64,000 nt of DNA from an uncultured Verrucomicrobiae bacterium (GTDB taxonomy: Bacteria > Verrucomicrobiota > Verrucomicrobiia > Limisphaerales > Palsa-1400). Below, piece by piece: positions 58,247 to 64,000 of the stretch; position 1 is the stretch's first letter; each line of letters starts with the position of its first letter. The notes beneath the pieces are model-generated. The model was not told the origin of the DNA and did not search any database. It saw nothing but the letters and a program-made list of their open reading frames with translations. The stretch is taken from assembly GCA_963764165.1 (NCBI GenBank), contig CAVXRD010000001.1, forward strand, positions 672,001 through 736,000, written 5' to 3'. The translations under genes were made by a program, and so were the position numbers.

Positions 58247-59440
58247 TCAAAGCGTCTCGGGCGTTTGCAGCAAAGAAGCGACGCGCGACAGCAATCGGCC
58301 CGCGCCGCCTCCGTCCAGAACGCGATGGTCGAAGCTCAGCGTCAGGTTGCATTCGGTCACCGGCACAAACTGGCCTTTTTTCTCGTCCCAGAAAGGAACT
58401 TTGCGGCTTGCGCCGAGGCCGAGCACCAGCGTTTGCTCGGGCAGCGGAATGGGCGTGGCCCATGTCAAACCGAATGTTCCAAAATTCGTCACGGTGGCAA
58501 TCGAGCCGCCGGTGGCGTCTGGCGGGAGGCGGCGCTGGCGGGCCAATTCCACCAATTCGTTGTAGCGAACCACCAGGGTCGAAAGCGGGTAAATATCGAC
58601 GTCACGCATGACGGGCACAAGCACGCCGTCATCGGCTTCAACGGCAAATCCGACATCAATCGAGGGCGGATGCACGATTTTGTTTCCAACCAAACGGCCG
58701 GCTGGCGCGCTGTTTTCGGCAAGGGCGATTCCGAGCGCGCGCAGCGCATATAGCGCAAAGCCGATTTTCGGGACGCTGACTCTTCGGTGCGCGAGCATCA
58801 CTTCCATTTGGCATGGCAGCGCAACCGTCGCCAGCGGACGGCTCCAACTGCGGCGCATCGCATCGGCAACAGCGACGCGCATGGTGGAGGCGTCGGACAA
58901 TTTGTTATTATCGAGGTGCGCTAGAAATGCCTCAAAATCCTGGATGGTCACGCGCCCCGCCGCGCCGCTTCCCGCGAGGCCAGCCAGATCGGCCGCGTGC
59001 AATCCCAATTCGCTCATGCGCGCTTTCATGCGCGGGGACATGTAACTCGCGCCCCCGGCATTGGCGGGAACGGGCAGTCCCCGCACCATCGGCTGAACGG
59101 ACTGGCGGGGTTCGGACACGCCGCCGCGTTCCGCCGATTCGGGGGGGGCGGTGAGGCCGGGATCATCGTTGTCGAGTCCGAGGCGCTGCGCTTCCTCCTC
59201 GCTCAATTCAATGTGGCCCAGCACGGCGCCGACCGGGTAGCTCTCGGACAATTTTGCTGTCAAATCGACAACTTTCCCCCCGCACGGGGCGGCGACGTTC
59301 ATGGTCGCCTTGTTGGTCTCAACTTCAATGACGTCCTGATTGGCGGCGACGATTTCGCCGGGCTGCACCAGGAAAGTGATGATGGTCGCCTCGGCGATGG
59401 ATTCGCCCAATTGCGGCATGATGATGGGCAGTTGTTTCAT
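58247..59440 (-). CDS. 2-oxoacid dehydrogenase E2 (dihydrolipoamide acyltransferase)
   Basis: MPQLGESIAEA, lipoyl site EVETNKA, GSGAAGRVT, catalytic DHRVLDG. Confidence 0.93.
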   Translation of the reverse strand: MKQLPIIMPQLGESIAEATIITFLVQPGEIVAANQDVIEVETNKATMNVAAPCGGKVVDLTAKLSESYPVGAVLGHIELSEEEAQRLGLDNDDPGLTAPPESAERGGVSEPRQSVQPMVRGLPVPANAGGASYMSPRMKARMSELGLHAADLAGLAGSGAAGRVTIQDFEAFLAHLDNNKLSDASTMRVAVADAMRRSWSRPLATVALPCQMEVMLAHRRVSVPKIGFALYALRALGIALAENSAPAGRLVGNKIVHPPSIDVGFAVEADDGVLVPVMRDVDIYPLSTLVVRYNELVELARQRRLPPDATGGSIATVTNFGTFGLTWATPIPLPEQTLVLGLGASRKVPFWDEKKGQFVPVTECNLTLSFDHRVLDGGGAGRLLSRVASLLQTPETL

Positions 59441-59441
59441 G

Positions 59442-60407
59442 TTACATTTGCAGCAAATTTCTCGCGGCGGAACAGACGCTTTGCGCGGTCGGACGATGCA
59501 CAAGCCAGAGATTTGGATGAAATGGAATCGGAGTGTCCTTGGCGTTGAGCCGCTGCGGAGGCGCGTCGAGCAAGCCGAATCCTTCCGTGGCAACCCGCGC
59601 GATGACTTCCGCGGTCACGCCGCCCCACGGGAAAGATTCGCCCACGCACAGCAGCCGCCCCGTGCGCGCGACGGATGCCATGATTGTATCCGTGTCCAGC
59701 GGCTTCACCGTGCGCAAGTCGACCACTTCGACCTCCGAACCTTCGGCGGACAATTCCTCGGCGGCAGCCAGCGCGTCCTGCACCATGGCGCTGTAAGCGA
59801 CAATCGTCAGGTCGCGCCCAGCCCGTGCGATGCGTGCTTTTCCAACCGGCATCGCTTCGGTCGGCAGCGCGGGCGCTTTCAGGTGGTAATACAATCTTTT
59901 GTGTTCGCAGAAAATAACCGGGTCATCAATGGCCACCGCTTCCAGCAGCATGCTGTAAGCATCCTCGACCGTCGCCGGCGTCATCACGACCAAGCCGGGA
60001 TAATGCGCGTAAAGCGCCTCAAGGCTCTGGCTGTGGAACGGTCCGGCGCCAGACGTTCCGCCGCTGGGCAGGCGAATGGTGATGGGACACGGCACATTCG
60101 TGCGCCAAAAAAGCGTGGCCGCCTGGTTGATGATTTGATTGAGCCCAGGCGTGGAAAAATCCGCATACTGCATTTCCACAATGGGCCTCATTCCCTCGAT
60201 GGCCGCGCCAATGGCCGCCCCGACAATCGCATCTTCACTGATGGGCGCGTCGAGCACGCGGCCGGGAAATTGCGCGGCAAGATTCTTCGTCGCTTTGAAC
60301 GCGCCGCCGAATGCGCCGATGTCCTGCCCGTAAATAAACACGCGGGGATCATCCGCCAACGCCTTGGCTTGCGCCTCGCGAATCGCCTCGAGATACGTAA
60401 TGCTCAT
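59442..60407 (-). CDS. 2-oxoacid dehydrogenase E1 beta subunit
   Basis: GQDIG..GG.F, DAPISE, EMQYADF, GPFHSQS, DLRTVKPLD. Confidence 0.95.
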   Translation of the reverse strand: MSITYLEAIREAQAKALADDPRVFIYGQDIGAFGGAFKATKNLAAQFPGRVLDAPISEDAIVGAAIGAAIEGMRPIVEMQYADFSTPGLNQIINQAATLFWRTNVPCPITIRLPSGGTSGAGPFHSQSLEALYAHYPGLVVMTPATVEDAYSMLLEAVAIDDPVIFCEHKRLYYHLKAPALPTEAMPVGKARIARAGRDLTIVAYSAMVQDALAAAEELSAEGSEVEVVDLRTVKPLDTDTIMASVARTGRLLCVGESFPWGGVTAEVIARVATEGFGLLDAPPQRLNAKDTPIPFHPNLWLVHRPTAQSVCSAARNLLQM

Positions 60408-61459
60408 GGCTGCGACGCAAGGTCCGCGGGCACTTCAAAAACCTCTGTCAAATGCTTGGATGACAGCGCGCACCAGCTTTCCTTGTAGGGATCGGGCGCG
60501 GGCTCGCGTTGAACGGTGGCGACGGCTTCATCGACCTCCTGCGCCACTTGCTGCCGCATTTCACGGATGGCTTCCGCCCCAGCCCAGCCTTCCCACAAAA
60601 TGCGTTCCTCCGCCACTTTCAAGCAATCTCGGCCGAGCGGGGTTTTCTTCAATTCCGCGTCAATATAATGGGCATCGTCGTGCTCGCCATGCCCGCAAAG
60701 CCGGAGCAATGTCGCCACGACCATCTGCGGCCCGCCACCCGCCCGAGCCTGCGCCACGGCAGCCGAAACGACGCGAAGGCATTCTTCCAAATCCGTGCCG
60801 TCCACGTGCCGCACGGGGATTCCATAACCCGCCGCTTTGTCTGCGAGATCGCGGCACGCGAACTGGCGGTTATTCGGAGTGGAATAGGCGAATTGATTGT
60901 TAGCCACGATCAAGACCAGCGGCAGATGTTCGACAGCGGCTTGATTCAAACCTTCGTGAAACGCGCCGGTGGAAGTCGCCCCATCGCCTAGGCAAGCTGC
61001 GCCGACGCATCCCTCTTTCCTCTGAAATCGGCGGGCCATCAACGCGCCATTGACGACAGAAATCATGGCCCCGAGGTGGCTGATCATCGCTAACAAACCT
61101 TCACGGGGGCGGCCGCGGTGGACATTCCCATCACGCCCACGCATCGGGCCGAGGGCGGAGCCAAGATACGTCCGCACGCTGTCCAACGTCGGTTCGCCGA
61201 AGGCGAGCCGGCCAGCGCCGTCGCGGATGAGCGGGGCGAAAATATCACCCTTGCGCAAAGCGAGGCCGAGGGAAACGCTCAGCGCCTCCTGGCCTTTTCC
61301 GAGAAAGACACCGCCTTGAATTTTGCCCGCGCGGTAGAGTCCGGCCATTTTTTCGTCCAGCGTCCTCGAAAGGAGCATGAAACGAAAAGCCTTCAAGTAT
61401 TGCGCCGAAATAGCAGCCGCGCTTTCCTGAACTCCGCCGCTTTCCAAAGTTTGCAGCAT
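60404..61459 (-). CDS. 2-oxoacid dehydrogenase E1 alpha subunit
   Basis: GQEA, TPP motif GDGATS...NNQFAYS, GHGEHD. Confidence 0.95.
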   Translation of the reverse strand: MLQTLESGGVQESAAAISAQYLKAFRFMLLSRTLDEKMAGLYRAGKIQGGVFLGKGQEALSVSLGLALRKGDIFAPLIRDGAGRLAFGEPTLDSVRTYLGSALGPMRGRDGNVHRGRPREGLLAMISHLGAMISVVNGALMARRFQRKEGCVGAACLGDGATSTGAFHEGLNQAAVEHLPLVLIVANNQFAYSTPNNRQFACRDLADKAAGYGIPVRHVDGTDLEECLRVVSAAVAQARAGGGPQMVVATLLRLCGHGEHDDAHYIDAELKKTPLGRDCLKVAEERILWEGWAGAEAIREMRQQVAQEVDEAVATVQREPAPDPYKESWCALSSKHLTEVFEVPADLASQP

Positions 61460-61565
61460 GGGAACCACTCTATGCGTTCTGGTTGGGAAGGAGCAAACCG
61501 ATTCTTTGATTCGGACTTACGCCGAGGTGTGATCGAAAGTGGGTGATGGACGCAGGCCGAAAGAT

Positions 61566-61748
61566 GGAGCGCGGCTGTGTCGAAGACCAGCCGCAGCAAC
61601 GCTCAAACAACCGAAAACGAATCTTGTGGTAGCTATCGTCGACAAACATATAAAAACCTCAGAACTGCGACTGGCGAGTCACGGTCTCTTCCCGACACGC
61701 CACTTGTTTCGAAGCTGCTGCGGCTGGTCTTCGACACAGCCGCGCTCC
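61566..61748. repeat. Palindromic repeat doublet with a perfect 33-bp inverted repeat
   Basis: GGAGCGCGGCTGTGTCGAAGACCAGCCGCAGCA at 61566-61598 and its reverse complement at 61716-61748. Confidence 0.85.
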
Positions 61749-61774
61749 GTTAAGCGAAACGGCGGCAATCTCGC

Positions 61775-62146
61775 TCACGCCTTCTTGGGCGCGGTTTGGC
61801 TGGCCGATTCGATCATCTCCCAGAATTTCGGGTTCGCTTGCAGCGCCTCGTCTTCGCCGGTGGGGAGGCTGGAGCGGTAGAGAAAATCCTTGAGCGTGTT
61901 GCGGCTCAAAATCCGGTGGACGACGACGCCCAATTCGTGGCGCTCGAAGTAAACCCGGTAATCGCCGAGGCGGAAGCGCTGCAGCGTCTTGCCGGCGCGC
62001 TCCAATTTGCCAAAATGATGGGGGTCGCTCTTAAGGACTTCCTTGGGCAGGCCGCGAAATTCGCCCAGGATGTTAAGCTGCAATTCGCGCGGCATCTTCG
62101 CCAGTTCGGCGGCGCTGGTTGGGTTGAATATTATCTGAAATTGCAC
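61775..62146 (-). CDS. RelE/ParE-like protein
   Basis: FQIIF...AAEL, RFRLGDYRVYF, VVHRIL. Confidence 0.75.
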   Translation of the reverse strand: MQFQIIFNPTSAAELAKMPRELQLNILGEFRGLPKEVLKSDPHHFGKLERAGKTLQRFRLGDYRVYFERHELGVVVHRILSRNTLKDFLYRSSLPTGEDEALQANPKFWEMIESASQTAPKKA

Positions 62147-62297
62147 GGTGGCAGTTTAGTTGGATGGTGGAGGAGTGGGAAGTGCAATCTCGCGTCGCGT
62201 CTAGTAAATCTCGGCAGGGCGAGGCTGGGGGGCAATCCCATTATTCCCATTTTTGATGGGAGGAATGGGAATTATGGGAGTAATGCTACGGATCGCT

Positions 62298-62882
62298 CTA
62301 AGGCTTTGAACTCCGCCGGAGAAAGCGCATGACGGTGTCGCCGTGCTTGAGCTGTTTTCTTTCCTCCCAATCGGGCGGAATGGTCAGCGTGTCGCGTTTG
62401 GTGTGGCCTAGCACAAACAATCCGCCGTCCACCAGCAAGCCGCCCAGCGCGGGTTCATCCAGCAACTTTTGCGCAAACGAACTGGAGCGGCGGCCAACGT
62501 TTTTTTCCCCGTAGGGAGGGTCGGCCAGGATCAAATCAAACGGACGTTTCTCGGCAGCTAGTTGATGAATTGCCGTAAAGGCATCCTGCACGCGGATGCT
62601 CAAGACACTGGAGGGAATCCCCGTTGTCTCCATGTTTTTGCGAATGAAATCGGCGTGCTTGGAGGATTTTTCGATGCAGACCGCCGCCGCCGCGCCGCGG
62701 CTCAAGCATTCCAGGCTCAACGCCCCTGTCCCGGCAAACAGTTCCAGCACGCGCACTCCCACCACCCGTTCGCCGAGGCTGTTGAAAATTGCCTGGCGCA
62801 CCAAATCCGGAGTGGGCCGAACATCGAAACCTTTCGGCGCCTTGAGCAGAATGCCGCCAGCGCTTCCGCCAATAATGCGCAT
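62298..62882 (-). CDS. rsmD: 16S rRNA m2G966 methyltransferase
   Basis: MRIIGG, RPT.D.VR.AIFN, LELFAGTGAL, DPPY. Confidence 0.93.
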   Translation of the reverse strand: MRIIGGSAGGILLKAPKGFDVRPTPDLVRQAIFNSLGERVVGVRVLELFAGTGALSLECLSRGAAAAVCIEKSSKHADFIRKNMETTGIPSSVLSIRVQDAFTAIHQLAAEKRPFDLILADPPYGEKNVGRRSSSFAQKLLDEPALGGLLVDGGLFVLGHTKRDTLTIPPDWEERKQLKHGDTVMRFLRRSSKP

Positions 62883-62906
62883 ATATTAGAAGCTAAAATC
62901 GAGATG

Positions 62907-63284
62907 CTAAATTCGTTCGCGGCCGATATAGCCCGCTTCGAGGTCGTGCCAGAATTCGATGTCTTCCTCATCTTTTTCCCAGCACAAAAAAATCTCCCGC
63001 CCGTCCCGCATCGCTGGAAAATCAATGAGGCCGCGGCTCCAATCTTTCAACTGAATTTCCCGCACGCGGAATTCAGACAGCACTGTATGGCAGCGGGCCA
63101 GCGTTTTGATGTATTGATTCACCGCTTCGCCGCCGACATCGTCGCCGTCCGCCATGAGAGCGGTGACGCGTTCTTCGTGGGCTTGGAGCCGTTCCTGGCA
63201 GCCCTCCAATTGAGCCAGCCATTCGCGAATCCGGGGAAGCAGCGCCCGCGCTTCCTCCAACGTGTAATGTTTCGAAAAGTGCAC
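62907..63284 (-). CDS. DUF2203 family protein
   Basis: YTLEEARALLP, GLIDFP, LCWEKDE, WHDLEAGY.GR. Confidence 0.92.
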   Translation of the reverse strand: MHFSKHYTLEEARALLPRIREWLAQLEGCQERLQAHEERVTALMADGDDVGGEAVNQYIKTLARCHTVLSEFRVREIQLKDWSRGLIDFPAMRDGREIFLCWEKDEEDIEFWHDLEAGYIGRERI

Positions 63285-63287
63285 GCG

Positions 63288-64000
63288 TCAGAGGCTGCCG
63301 GTGGAATACTGCTCCAGCTTCCGTTTAACCTCGTCGTTCGGCTCGATGGAGAAGGATTTTTTCCAAGAGTCGACCGCCTTGTCAACCTCATGCAGGGCAA
63401 GATAAACCTCGCCCAAATGGTCGAAGACGGTGGCGTCGGGCGGCGTGGTGTATTGGATGGCTTTGAGCAATTGCGGGAGTGCCTGGCGCGGCTGGTTCTG
63501 CTTCAAGAGGACCCAGCCAAAGCTGTCAAGAAAAGCGCCGTTGGTCGGCTCCAGGTTAAGCGCTTTCTCGATCAATTCCCGCGCGCGCCCCAATTGCTCG
63601 CCGCGATCCGCCAGCATGTAGCCGAGGTAATTCAACCCTTCCGCGAAATCCGGCGCGAGCGTGACTGACTTCTGCAAATACGTTTCGGCGTTCTTGAAAT
63701 CCTTAGCCCGCTCGCAAGCCGCGCCGAATTGGAAATAAAACCGCTGGTCCAATTTCGAGCGGTCAGAAGCCTCCGCAATCACTTCCGCTTCCTTGAAATG
63801 GGGTATGGCCTGGTCAAATTTCTTCAGGCGCGCATAGGCCACGCCGGAATAAAACTCGAAGCCAAACGTCTTCGCGAAATGCCTTTGTGCCTTGTCCAAT
63901 GTCTCGAACGCTTCGGTGTCACGGTGCAATTCCAGTTGAACGAGCGCCAGGTCGTAATACGCCTGCTCAATCGTCTGATCCCACATCAGCGCGTTGGCAA
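63288..64000 (-). CDS. TPR protein, 5' end outside the window
   Basis: LNYLGYMLA, AFLDSFGWVL, DHLGEVY. The frame is open to the window edge. Confidence 0.9.
   Translation of the reverse strand, partial: ANALMWDQTIEQAYYDLALVQLELHRDTEAFETLDKAQRHFAKTFGFEFYSGVAYARLKKFDQAIPHFKEAEVIAEASDRSKLDQRFYFQFGAACERAKDFKNAETYLQKSVTLAPDFAEGLNYLGYMLADRGEQLGRARELIEKALNLEPTNGAFLDSFGWVLLKQNQPRQALPQLLKAIQYTTPPDATVFDHLGEVYLALHEVDKAVDSWKKSFSIEPNDEVKRKLEQYSTGSL

Noticed and set aside
1..64000. CRISPR array, prophage, retron or DGR
   Set aside because: The repeats are dispersed palindromes, not regularly spaced direct repeats; no cas, phage or reverse transcriptase genes were seen.

Overview
High-GC bacterial chromosomal segment. 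Gene content and intergenic repeat families suggest Verrucomicrobiota (Pedosphaera/Limisphaerales-like); this is inferred, not searched. Mostly housekeeping and metabolic genes (panC, pyrE, ubiD-like, dtd, gluQ, kdgK, yebC, suhB, ispF, hisH, nfo, rsmD, a 2-oxoacid dehydrogenase E1a/E1b/E2 cluster) plus one tRNA(CAT). It also holds an intact imuA-imuB-dnaE2 mutagenesis cassette, three tandem TMTC-like membrane glycosyltransferase-TPR genes, a SNF2 helicase, and a stand-alone ABC-ATPase/TOPRIM (OLD-like) gene. I saw no prophage, integrase, full-length transposase or CRISPR array. Points of most interest: two small non-autonomous elements with terminal inverted repeats and target-site duplications, one inserted inside a REP palindrome; repeat DNA carried in frame inside gluQ and a GH13 gene; a near-consensus sigma54 promoter driving a 52-aa protein with a structured 3' region; a likely novel His/His/Glu VOC-type dioxygenase; a frameshifted cardiolipin synthase; a candidate sRNA; and repeated leaderless promoter architecture. 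All family calls come from motifs recognised by eye.
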